Origin: Chthoniobacterales bacterium
GTDB lineage: Bacteria > Verrucomicrobiota > Verrucomicrobiia > Chthoniobacterales > Chthoniobacteraceae
Direction of reading: 5' to 3'
Length of the DNA: 64,000 bases
NCBI GenBank assembly: GCA_038207335.1
Contig: JBBQZX010000020.1
Span: 41,945-105,944 of the forward strand
Translations under genes and position numbers: made by a program
Shown here: piece by piece, positions 27,206-35,439 of the stretch
How positions within the stretch are numbered: position 1 is the stretch's first letter
Layout: every line of letters begins with the position of its first letter
Notes under the pieces: model-generated
Databases searched by the model: none
What the model saw: the letters and a program-made list of their open reading frames with translations, nothing else
Told to the model about the DNA's origin: nothing

Positions 27206-27898
27206 ATGAACCGCCTCCATCACGAAGAACACTTCCGCGGCAGCGACACCGTGCGCGATGTCGTGATCGGCATGGCCGACGGCCTCACCGTGCCCTTCGC
27301 GCTCGCCGCCGGCATCTCGGGCGCGATCAGTGCCACACGGATCATCGTCACCGCCGGCCTCGCCGAGATCGCCGCCGGCTCCATCGCGATGGGCCTCGGC
27401 GGATACCTCGCGGCGCGGAGTGCGGAGGAGCATTATCGAAACGAACTGCGCCGCGAGGAAATGGAGATCGTGCAGGTGCCTGAGACGGAGGCCGCGGAAG
27501 TCGCCGAACTGCTCGGCACCTACGGCCTCAACGTCGAGGAGAGCACGCTCGTCGTCGATGGCCTCCGCCGACGCCCCGATGCGTGGCGCGATTTCATGAT
27601 GCGCTTCGAACTCGGCCTCGAGAAGCCCGACCCACGCCGCGCATTCGCGAGCGCCTTCACCATCGCCGCCTCGTATGTGGTCGGCGGACTCGTGCCACTC
27701 GTGCCTTACATGACTTGCGGCGACGCGGCGACCGGCCTGCGCTACTCGAGCGCCGCCACGCTTATCGCGCTCGCGGTCTTCGGCTTTTTGAAAGGGAGAT
27801 TCACCGGCGTGCAGCCGTGGAAAAGCGCGATGCAGACCACCCTCATCGGAGGCCTCGCGGCCGCCGCGGCATTCGGCCTCGCGAAGCTCATCAGTTGA
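27206..27898 (+). CDS. VIT1/CCC1 family iron/manganese transporter
   Basis: VRDVVIGMADGLTVPFALAAG, AGLAEIAAGSIAMGLGGYLA, FMMRFELGL motifs. Confidence 0.92.
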   Translation: MNRLHHEEHFRGSDTVRDVVIGMADGLTVPFALAAGISGAISATRIIVTAGLAEIAAGSIAMGLGGYLAARSAEEHYRNELRREEMEIVQVPETEAAEVAELLGTYGLNVEESTLVVDGLRRRPDAWRDFMMRFELGLEKPDPRRAFASAFTIAASYVVGGLVPLVPYMTCGDAATGLRYSSAATLIALAVFGFLKGRFTGVQPWKSAMQTTLIGGLAAAAAFGLAKLIS

Positions 27899-27987
27899 TT
27901 TTCCTCCGTCACGCACGCGCAGCCGCTTGTCTGCCTGCGATACAACATTTGCAAACCCAGCACCAACAAACGCAACCAACTCAAACC

Positions 27988-28167
27988 ATGAAAAAACAAA
28001 TCATCCTCGCAGTCCTCGCCACCGCCTTCCTCGCAGTCCTCCCGGCCTGCACCACCGTCGAGCCCGCTCCGCAGACCCACACCTCCACCACCTCCACCAC
28101 CGAGACCTCCGTGCATCGTCCGGTCAGCTCCGCCACTGTGGAATCCACCTCGGTCCGCAGCTACTAA
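27988..28167 (+). CDS. Small Thr/Ser-rich lipoprotein (59 aa)
   Basis: MKKQIILAVLATAFLAVLPA-C lipobox-like signal, A/C-rich leader, and a downstream hairpin. Confidence 0.75.
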   Translation: MKKQIILAVLATAFLAVLPACTTVEPAPQTHTSTTSTTETSVHRPVSSATVESTSVRSY

Positions 28168-28201
28168 ACCAACACTCGCTCCTCCACCGGGGATCGCTGA
28201 C

Positions 28202-28231
28202 AGGGCGGGAGAGAAATCTCCCGCCCTTCTT
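28202..28231. terminator. Hairpin terminator between the convergent lipoprotein and ltaE genes
   Basis: AGGGCGGGAGA-GAAA-TCTCCCGCCCT 11-bp perfect stem followed by TCTT. Confidence 0.6.
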
Positions 28232-28243
28232 GCGTACGCGCGC

Positions 28244-29278
28244 CTACAGCAGCCCCTTCAGATCCCCCACAAACGCCTCCACATCCTCCGCCTGCGTATC
28301 CCACGTGCACATCAGCCGGCACCCGCCCGCCCCGATGAACGTATAAAACAGCCAACCCAGCGCCCGCATCCCCTCCACCGCCTTCGCCGGCAGCTCCGCG
28401 AACACCGCATTCGCCTCCCGCGGGAAAAGCACCTTCACCCCCGGCAGCCCCGTCAGCCGGCTCTCCATCAGCGCCGCCATCCCATTCGCGTGCGTCGCGT
28501 GCCGGAGCCACGCCCCGTCCTTCAGCATCCCCAGCCACGGCGCACTCAGAAACCTCATCTTCGACGCCAGTTGCCCCGCCTGCTTGCACCGATACTCGAA
28601 CTCCCGCGCCATCCCCTTATTGAAAAACACCACCGCCTCCCCGATCGCCAACCCATTCTTCGTCCCCCCGAAACACAGCACATCCACCCCGCACTGCCAC
28701 GTCACCTCCTTCGGCGCCACCCCCAGCGACGCCACCGCATTCGCAAACCGCGCCCCATCCATATGCAGCCGCAGATCATGCGCCTTCGTCCGCGCCCACA
28801 CCCCCTTCAACTCCTCCGGCGAATACACCGTCCCCAGCTCCGTCGCCTGCGTCACACTCACCGCCCGCGGCTTCGGAAAATGAATATCCGTCCTCCGGCG
28901 CACCACCTCCGCGATCCCCCCCGGCGCGATCTTCCCGTTCGCCCCCGGCAGCAGCAGCACCTTCGTCCCATTCGAGAAATACTCCGGCGCCCCGCACTCA
29001 TCCGTCTCCACGTGCGCCAGTTCGTGACACAGGATCGAGTGATAACTCTGGCAGCACGACGCCAGCGCCAGCGAATTCGCCGCCGTCCCATTAAACACAA
29101 AGAACACCTCACAATCCGTCTCGAACACCTCCCGCAGCGCATCCGTCGCCCGCTGCGTCCACGGATCATCCCCGTAAGAGCGCGCGTGATCCGCATTCGC
29201 CTCCGCCATCGCCTCCACCGCCTCCGGGCAAATCCCCGAATAATTATCACTCGCAAAATGCCGTCTCGGGTTCTTCAT
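28244..29278 (-). CDS. ltaE: Low-specificity L-threonine aldolase
   Basis: FASDNYSG, FNGTAANSLAL, HVETDECGAPE, TQATELGTVY, LHMDGARFANA, GGTKNG (PLP Lys), SKMRF. Start taken at MKNPRRHF. Confidence 0.9.
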   Translation of the reverse strand: MKNPRRHFASDNYSGICPEAVEAMAEANADHARSYGDDPWTQRATDALREVFETDCEVFFVFNGTAANSLALASCCQSYHSILCHELAHVETDECGAPEYFSNGTKVLLLPGANGKIAPGGIAEVVRRRTDIHFPKPRAVSVTQATELGTVYSPEELKGVWARTKAHDLRLHMDGARFANAVASLGVAPKEVTWQCGVDVLCFGGTKNGLAIGEAVVFFNKGMAREFEYRCKQAGQLASKMRFLSAPWLGMLKDGAWLRHATHANGMAALMESRLTGLPGVKVLFPREANAVFAELPAKAVEGMRALGWLFYTFIGAGGCRLMCTWDTQAEDVEAFVGDLKGLL

Positions 29279-29431
29279 CCCCTCCTTTTCTATTAAAATC
29301 ACCCTCCCGGCGAGTCCCAAAGCCAGCCCCGGCACGCCCAGCCCCGCCCGTGTTCAATTCTACCTCCCGTTGCCCGCCAGCCCCGGCCGGTTGCCAGAGA
29401 CACTGCGTAAAAAGTCGCGGAACGGGTCATT

Positions 29432-29504
29432 GTAGGGCGGGCGCTCCGCCTGCCCGTGGAGTGGGAGGCCCCCCGCTCCGAGGCAAGCGACGCGCTCGCC
29501 CTAC
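29432..29504. repeat. GTAG-type REP doublet (REPIN-like) no. 1
   Basis: GTAGGGCGGGCGCTCCGCCTGCC (29432-29454) and an inverted copy reading GTAGGGCGAGCGCGTCGCTTGCC on the minus strand (29482-29504). Confidence 0.75.
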
Positions 29505-29541
29505 CCCTCCGCCGAGGGAAGTGAGACATTCTACACAGTCC

Positions 29542-29579
29542 CAGAGGCGATTGGCAGAAACGCGGGTGGGCCATTGAAG
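29542..29579 (+). repeat. Dispersed ~37-bp repeat, copy 1
   Basis: CAGAGGCGATTGGCAGAAACGCGGGTG...TTGAAG; matches copies at 36282-36318 (+) and 37253-37289 (-). Confidence 0.8.
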
Positions 29580-29621
29580 TGGGGGGCGCGGGCCGGTCTG
29601 CGGGTGGGGTCGGGCGCGCGG

Positions 29622-29873
29622 TTTGAAACGGCAAAGATTCATTCTTTGCCTTCAAAGAATCATTCTTCGCCGTCAGAGATTCAGTCTTTGCTTCCAAACA
29701 CCCAGTCTTTGACATCAGCGGTGGAGCCTTTGACATCAGCGGTGCGGACATTGACGTCAGTGACTTGGCCATTGGCGTCAACGGTACCGCCATTGGTTTC
29801 ACTACTCCGGTCGCTGACCACAATAAACCGGCCATTGGCTTCACTACCGCGGTCATTGGCTTCCCTAATTGGA
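29622..29873. repeat. Degenerate 21-bp tandem array (~12 units)
   Basis: Units such as TCTTTGCCTTCAAAGAATCAT, TCTTTGACATCAGCGGTGGAG, CCTTTGACATCAGCGGTGCGG, CCATTGGTTTCACTACTCCGG and CCATTGGCTTCACTACCGCGG sit in exact 21-nt register. Confidence 0.8.
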
Positions 29874-29942
29874 TTAGGGAAGCCAGAGATTGCGTCATTT
29901 TGACGCAGAATGGGGTATTTAACAGTGGCCAAGACGGGGTTT

Positions 29943-29991
29943 GTAGGGCGACCGCTCCGGTTGCCTCGGGCACGCGGAGCGCCCGCCGTAC
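29943..29991. repeat. GTAG-type REP doublet (REPIN-like) no. 2
   Basis: GTAGGGCGACCGCTCCGGTTGCC (29943-29965) and inverted GTACGGCGGGCGCTCCGCGTGCC (29969-29991). Confidence 0.75.
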
Positions 29992-30042
29992 AACCAGCCC
30001 TTTCGGGACTCGTATCTCAGCGCACCACCCCCTTACGCGGAA

Positions 30043-30068
30043 GAGCCGGTGGCGTGAACCACCGGCTC
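30043..30068 (-). terminator. Hairpin downstream of the DUF6600-type gene
   Basis: GAGCCGGTGG-CGTGAA-CCACCGGCTC 10-bp stem with a weak U tract. Confidence 0.5.
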
Positions 30069-30094
30069 GTCCCTGAATGCCTTCGACCCTGCCC

Positions 30095-31825
30095 CTACTG
30101 CTTCTCTTCCTTGTCCTTCTTACCCTTGCCCTTGCCCTTGCCACCCTTTTCCTCCGCCTGCGGCTGTCCGCCCCCGCCCCCCTGCGGCGCGGCTGCCTGC
30201 GGCTGCCCGCCCCCGCCCCCCTGCGGCTGCTGAGGCGCGGCCTTCTCATGTTTCTGCTGCTTCGGCTGCTCCGGCGCCTGCGCCTTTTCGTGCTTCTGCG
30301 GCTGCGGCTGCTCCGGCGCCCGCTCATGCTTCTGGGGCTCAGGCTGGTGATTCTTTTTCTGCTCATGCTGCTGCGGCTCCGGCGCCGGGTCCGGACGGTC
30401 CTGCTTCGCGGATTTCTCCGGGCGCGCTTCCCGCGTCGGCATCGGCGCCGGCGGCGGCTCATTCGCAGAGTCATTCTTCGCCTTATGCTCGCCCTTCGAG
30501 GATGGCTGCTCCATCTTCCCCTTCTTGCCCTTCGATCCCGTGCCCTCCGGCGGAGTCCCGGCGTCGTTCGGCGTGGCATCATGCTTCGGCTCCGGCTTCA
30601 CCGCAGCCTCCGGCACGACCGCATCGGCGCCCTTCTTGCCCTTTTTATTCATCTTTCCCGGCTCCTTGGAATCCGGCGCGGTCGCATCCGCAGGTGCCGT
30701 GTCCGGGGCATCAGAAGGCGAAACCTTATCACCCTTCATCTTCCCGTTCTTGCCCTTCCCACCCTTCGCATCCGGCTGGTCGGCAGTCGTGGGGTTCGTC
30801 GCATCAGCCGCAGGCACCACCGCTTCACCTTTCCCGCCCTTGCCCTTCTTGCCCGCCGCCTCCGGCGCAGTCTCCGGGTCAGCCAGGAGCGAGGCTTTCT
30901 CAAATTTCGGCTGCGGAGGAAGACCCGCCGGCGCCTTCGCCGCGTGCATCTTCGCCCGGAGCTGCTTCGTCTCCGCGTCATCGGGAACGCCCTTCCACCC
31001 ACGGTTCACCTGCACGTTCTCCAGCTTGCGCGAGACCTTCTTCGGCGCGGCATCCGGCGCCGCAGCGGCGAACCGCGGAGCCGCGATGCGGAGCTGGTCG
31101 CCCTGAACGTGGCTCTGGAAAGAGTCGCGATTGCCGGCTGCATAGTCGTTGCGGCGGTCGATGCGCAGCCGCTGGATGGGCTGGGCGGTTTCCCGGCGGA
31201 TCACGTCGTATTCCGGCCCGCCGTTATACACGACGTTGTTCTGCACGCGGATGTTGGTGATGTTCGTGGTCTGATTGATGATCGTCACATTCTGCTGAGC
31301 GGGCACGACGAACTCCCGGATGTGTGGGGCACCGAAGTTGCGCACTTCCACAAAGCTGTAAGCCTGCGGGCCGACGTCGTAGTAAGAGTCCGACCAACTG
31401 CTGATCGAGTGCACCCCGTGGCCGAAATGCGCCTCCGGCGGGAGCGGCGCCCAACCGACGTGGTGTTTGTCCCGGCGGAAGGAAACCCAAGCCGGGCCCC
31501 ACTCGCGCCCCGGCACCCAAATCCAGCCGACATCATTGACCTCCGCCCAGCGGCCATAGTGATACACCGCCCAACTGTACGGTTCCTCGGAAACCCACGT
31601 CCACCCGGAGTCGGTATAGACCCAATGCCCATCGGTGTAAGGGCGCCAGTCCGGATTGACATCGCGCGGATGCCACGCGTAGCCGTAGTCACCGGCATCG
31701 ACCCAGTCGCCGTAGGGCTCGAGTTCGTCGTAGAAAAGATCGACGCTGACATCGACGGCGCGAGCCGCGCGAGGCAGAGCGACGCCGATGAAGGCGAGTG
31801 AAAGGAATAGGATAAGACGTTTCAT
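30095..31825 (-). CDS. Secreted DUF6600-type (WxP-repeat) protein with a Lys/Pro/Gln-rich disordered C-terminus
   Basis: Signal peptide MKRLILFLSLAF..., FYDELEPYGDW, WRPYTDGHWVYT, WAVYHYGRW, WGPAWV, VGWAPLPP, then a low-complexity tail. Confidence 0.8.
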   Translation of the reverse strand: MKRLILFLSLAFIGVALPRAARAVDVSVDLFYDELEPYGDWVDAGDYGYAWHPRDVNPDWRPYTDGHWVYTDSGWTWVSEEPYSWAVYHYGRWAEVNDVGWIWVPGREWGPAWVSFRRDKHHVGWAPLPPEAHFGHGVHSISSWSDSYYDVGPQAYSFVEVRNFGAPHIREFVVPAQQNVTIINQTTNITNIRVQNNVVYNGGPEYDVIRRETAQPIQRLRIDRRNDYAAGNRDSFQSHVQGDQLRIAAPRFAAAAPDAAPKKVSRKLENVQVNRGWKGVPDDAETKQLRAKMHAAKAPAGLPPQPKFEKASLLADPETAPEAAGKKGKGGKGEAVVPAADATNPTTADQPDAKGGKGKNGKMKGDKVSPSDAPDTAPADATAPDSKEPGKMNKKGKKGADAVVPEAAVKPEPKHDATPNDAGTPPEGTGSKGKKGKMEQPSSKGEHKAKNDSANEPPPAPMPTREARPEKSAKQDRPDPAPEPQQHEQKKNHQPEPQKHERAPEQPQPQKHEKAQAPEQPKQQKHEKAAPQQPQGGGGGQPQAAAPQGGGGGQPQAEEKGGKGKGKGKKDKEEKQ

Positions 31826-31938
31826 GTTTGGGATGTGAGTGCGCTCCGGGTCGCGGAGGTAATACAGGAATCGCACGGCGGCACGGGAGTGCGGGTGCGG
31901 TCGGGGATTTCGAATGGGATCCCAAGCTCCATTTTCAC

Positions 31939-31977
31939 AAAAAAAAAAGCGCCGCCGGGCGTGAACCCGGCGGCGCT
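31939..31977 (-). terminator. Rho-independent terminator of the aminotransferase gene
   Basis: AGCGCCGCCGGG-CGTGAA-CCCGGCGGCGCT stem next to an A run on + (poly-U on -), ~30 nt past the stop. Confidence 0.85.
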
Positions 31978-32006
31978 ATATTCGAGATTCGTGAACGAGC
32001 CGCGAG

Positions 32007-33167
32007 CTACAGCGTGCGGCAGAACTCTTCGAGGCGGTCGATGCCCTTCTTGATGACATCCATGCTCGTCGCGTAGCTGAGGCGGATGGTCTGGTCATTG
32101 CCAAATGCGATGCCAGGCACAACGGCGACGTGATGTTTGCTGAGAAGGCGGTCGGAGAAATTCTGGGAGGTCAGCGAGAGCTTGCTGATATTCACCAGCA
32201 CGTAGAAGGCGCCCTGCGGCTTGACGACGGAGAGGCCGGGGATTTTCGAGAGCCGCTCGCACATGTATTCGCGGCGCATGTTGAATTCCTCGCGCATATC
32301 GATGACGGGCTGCTGGTCGCCTTTCAGCGCGGCGAGCCCGCCCTTTTGCGCAAAGCTGCACGCGTTCGAGGTGCTGTGGCTCTGCATGGCGTCGATCACT
32401 TTCGCGATCGGCTCAGGCGCTCCGAGATAGCCGAGCCGCCAACCGGTCATCGCGTAGGCTTTGCTCAGGCCATTGACGGTGATCGTGATCGGATACGCGC
32501 CGGGCAACGACGCGACGCTGACGTGCTGCACACCGTCATAGACGAGCTTTTCGTAAATCTCGTCGGAGAGGATGAGGATTTCCTCGTCCGCCGCGACATC
32601 GACGATGCCCTGCAATTCCTCGGCGGTATAGACCGCGCCGGTCGGGTTGCCGGGCGAGTTGAGGATCACCATCTTTGTCCGCGGAGTCATGGCGTCCTGG
32701 AACTGGTCGGCGGTCATCTTCCAGCCGCTCTCCTCAGTCGTCTGGACGAAAACGGGATCGGCTCCCGCGAGGCGCACCATCTCGGGATAGCTGAGCCAGT
32801 AAGGCGCGGGGATGATGACTTCGTCGCCGGGCTGGCAGGTGGCGAGGATGGCGTTGATGCAGGAATGCTTCGCGCCGTTGCTGACGATGATTTGGCTCGG
32901 CTTGTAGTCGAGGCCGTTGTCCGCCTTGAATTTCTCGCTGATCGCCTGACGCAGCTCAGGGATGCCGCTGCTCGGCGTGTATTTGGTAAAGCCGGCGTCG
33001 AGCGAGGCCATCGCGGCCGCCTTGATGTGCTCAGGCGTGTCGAAATCGGGCTCACCTGCGCCGAAGCTGCAGACGTCGATGCCCTCGGCTTTCATCGCCT
33101 TGGCTTTGCTGTCGATGGAAAGGGTGAGCGAGGGGGTGAGACTGGTGGCGCGGTTGGCAAGTTCCAT
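32007..33167 (-). CDS. PLP-dependent aminotransferase class I/II (aspartate aminotransferase-like)
   Basis: GAGEPDFDTP, LNSPGNPTG, LSDEIY, NGLSKAYAMTGWRLGY, IRLSYA. Confidence 0.93.
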   Translation of the reverse strand: MELANRATSLTPSLTLSIDSKAKAMKAEGIDVCSFGAGEPDFDTPEHIKAAAMASLDAGFTKYTPSSGIPELRQAISEKFKADNGLDYKPSQIIVSNGAKHSCINAILATCQPGDEVIIPAPYWLSYPEMVRLAGADPVFVQTTEESGWKMTADQFQDAMTPRTKMVILNSPGNPTGAVYTAEELQGIVDVAADEEILILSDEIYEKLVYDGVQHVSVASLPGAYPITITVNGLSKAYAMTGWRLGYLGAPEPIAKVIDAMQSHSTSNACSFAQKGGLAALKGDQQPVIDMREEFNMRREYMCERLSKIPGLSVVKPQGAFYVLVNISKLSLTSQNFSDRLLSKHHVAVVPGIAFGNDQTIRLSYATSMDVIKKGIDRLEEFCRTL

Positions 33168-33236
33168 GAGATTTAGGGATGTGGGATTTAGGATTTGAGT
33201 TGTAGCCGGGGTCGCTGTTCCCGGCAGTTCGGCGGA

Positions 33237-34400
33237 TTACTTTGCGAACCAGTCCTCAATCAGCGGCTTGAGGTTGTTCTCGGCGATTTTGATGATGCCG
33301 AATTCGCGCTGCGCGCTCTCGGGGGCGTCGGACGCGTGCGCTGCATTGACCATGATCGTCTGCCCAAATTCGCGCCGGATCGAGCCGGGAGGCGCTTTCG
33401 AGGGATCGGTCGGCCCGAGGACTTCGCGGATTTTCCGCACGGCCTCGACGCCCTGGTAGCAGATGGCGATGCACTTTTCGGAGCCCGGCGCGTTGCGTTT
33501 GTCCGACGGGCATTCGCTTGGTTTCATGCCGCACATGAATTTCACGATCTGCTCCCAATTCTCGCGGCCATTGATCGGCCCGAGCAGCTCGCCCAGCTTC
33601 TGCACGGCGTCATCGGAGAACTTGAGATTGAACTCTTTCTCCAAAAGCGGGCGTGCCTGCGAAGCGGAGCGATCCTTCAGTTTGTCCATGAGCACCTCGA
33701 GCACCGGGCCGTAAAATTCCTCGGCCTGCGCGACAGTCATGCGGTGGACTTTGAACGCGATGATCGAGAGCCCCGTGCGCGAGAAAAGGTCGATGACGCC
33801 GCCGGGTCGCGAGTTTGGAAAACGGAAGTTGTCCGGCTTGATGAGCACGAGGGTCTTCTCGACTTTCACGCCGGGCGGGAACTGCACCACGTCGTCGAGC
33901 AAGCCGCCGTCGGTGTCGGAATACTTCGCCCAGAGCAAAAGGTTCGTCCTCGCGCTTTCCGCATCCGGCGGCGCGAGCACCGCAGGCTCGAAGTAGCTCA
34001 CGACGCCATTCGCATCGGCCATGTAATCGCCATAGGTGTCGCGGATCGTCTCGCCGCTGGTGCGCTCGTTCACGATGTGGCCGACAATGTTGCGCAGCTT
34101 CGTGACGGCGTCTTCGCCTTTGAAAACGAGCATCATCACGCGAGGACGGTCAGTCTCGGTCGGCGCAAAATTCTTCAAGACATACTGCTTGATGAGCTCC
34201 TGCGTCGCGCGGTGTCGCGGCTCCGGGTCGCTCACGATACTGCCCGCGTATTTCTCCACGAGTTCCTTGCTCGGCGCGAACATGCGCGCTGCGACGATTT
34301 CGAGCCCCGTCCGCGAGATGAGCCGCGCGATGATCCCGCCGGTGCGGGACTTGCGGATCGAGTAAGGCGTGACGAGCACGTAGGAAAGTTCTTCGGCCAT
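33237..34400 (-). CDS. ndk: Nucleoside diphosphate kinase with two tandem NDK domains
   Basis: C-terminal domain has TLVLIKPD...GPTDPSKAPPGSIRREFG...NAAHASD (catalytic His). N-terminal domain is NDK-like but degenerate. Confidence 0.85.
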   Translation of the reverse strand: MAEELSYVLVTPYSIRKSRTGGIIARLISRTGLEIVAARMFAPSKELVEKYAGSIVSDPEPRHRATQELIKQYVLKNFAPTETDRPRVMMLVFKGEDAVTKLRNIVGHIVNERTSGETIRDTYGDYMADANGVVSYFEPAVLAPPDAESARTNLLLWAKYSDTDGGLLDDVVQFPPGVKVEKTLVLIKPDNFRFPNSRPGGVIDLFSRTGLSIIAFKVHRMTVAQAEEFYGPVLEVLMDKLKDRSASQARPLLEKEFNLKFSDDAVQKLGELLGPINGRENWEQIVKFMCGMKPSECPSDKRNAPGSEKCIAICYQGVEAVRKIREVLGPTDPSKAPPGSIRREFGQTIMVNAAHASDAPESAQREFGIIKIAENNLKPLIEDWFAK

Positions 34401-34655
34401 AGATAAAAAGTGCCCGCGGAGAGCGCCCTGAACGTGCAGTCATTCAGGGAAAAATCGCCGCAGGCAGGGATTTTCTTCGGTTTTTTTGTGGGCGGGGAAG
34501 CTATCGGGCGAGGCAAACCCCCGTCAACGGATTTCTCCCATCGTGCGAGAGCGCCAGCGCTCTAGCTGGCGCTGATTCTCCATTTGCACTCGCATTCCCG
34601 CACTCGTGGACTTCCAACATCCGCAACGCATTTTCGCGCCAAGGGCCACGCCGCC

Positions 34656-35426
34656 ATGACTTTCCTCTCCAAGCTCCGCAAACACCTCCCCATCCCACGT
34701 TTCCGCATCGTCCCGCTATCGCCGAACACGCTTTCGCCGAGCCGCTACGATGCGGCGGCGGCGGACCCGGCGCTGAACGGCATCATCGACGATTTGCGCG
34801 CCTACACCGGCTTCGGCGACGAGGAATTGCGCCCGCTCATCACTCGCCACCCGGACAAACATTTCGAGAGCGAATTCGCATGGGCACGCCCGCGCGACCG
34901 CCAAGAGCTCACTTGGTTTTACCGTTGCAGCCAGGCGTATCTTTTCGCGAATGCGATCCACCCCTTCGCGACGGCGCTCGAGCGAATCCCAGCGGGCCGC
35001 GTGCTCGACTACGGCGCGGGCGTCGGTTGCAACACCATCGGAATGGCACTCCGCGGCCTCGACGTGGATTTCCTCGAGATCGGCAGACTACAGGCCGACT
35101 TCCTGCGCTTCCGCATCGACCGCCGCGAGCTGAAAAACGTGCGCGAAGTCCTGCCCTACAACGCCGGGCGTTTCGACCCGATCGGCTGCATCACCGCCAC
35201 CTACGACACGATCGCAGCCATGGACGTGCTCGAGCACATCCCGGACTACCACATCGTCGTCCGGCACTTCATCGAGCACCTCGCTCCCGGCGGCCTCATC
35301 GTCGAAAACAGCCCGTTCGCCCCCGAGGCGCGCGACGTATCGATCCACGTCTCCGCGAGCATGCCGCTGGAGCAGGCGATGGACGGGATGCGGCGCCTCG
35401 AACCCGGCATCTGGCAGAAAATCTGA
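34656..35426 (+). CDS. Class I SAM-dependent methyltransferase
   Basis: VLDYGAGVG motif I; YDTIAAMDVLEHIPD...LAPGG. Confidence 0.82.
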   Translation: MTFLSKLRKHLPIPRFRIVPLSPNTLSPSRYDAAAADPALNGIIDDLRAYTGFGDEELRPLITRHPDKHFESEFAWARPRDRQELTWFYRCSQAYLFANAIHPFATALERIPAGRVLDYGAGVGCNTIGMALRGLDVDFLEIGRLQADFLRFRIDRRELKNVREVLPYNAGRFDPIGCITATYDTIAAMDVLEHIPDYHIVVRHFIEHLAPGGLIVENSPFAPEARDVSIHVSASMPLEQAMDGMRRLEPGIWQKI

Positions 35427-35439
35427 CGCGCCGGAAATC

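Noticed and set aside
23924..27979. 1351-aa minus-strand ORF
   Set aside because: Antisense shadow of gltB/VIT1 caused by high-GC codon bias; no recognisable motifs.
29622..29873. Possible CRISPR array
   Set aside because: Units are contiguous 21-mers without unique spacers, and no cas genes are in the window.
29299..30582. 427-aa minus-strand ORF
   Set aside because: The 5' half is an alternate frame of the DUF6600-type gene and the 3' part runs through REP elements; only the heptad segment is kept as a possibility.
30077..31801. 574-aa Leu/Arg-rich plus-strand ORF
   Set aside because: Antisense of the low-complexity DUF6600-type gene.
33202..33225. GTAG-initiated hairpin GTAGCCGGGGTCGCTGTTCCCGGC between ndk and the aminotransferase
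   Set aside because: Could be a second REP class, but only one clear copy is in the window, so it cannot be supported.
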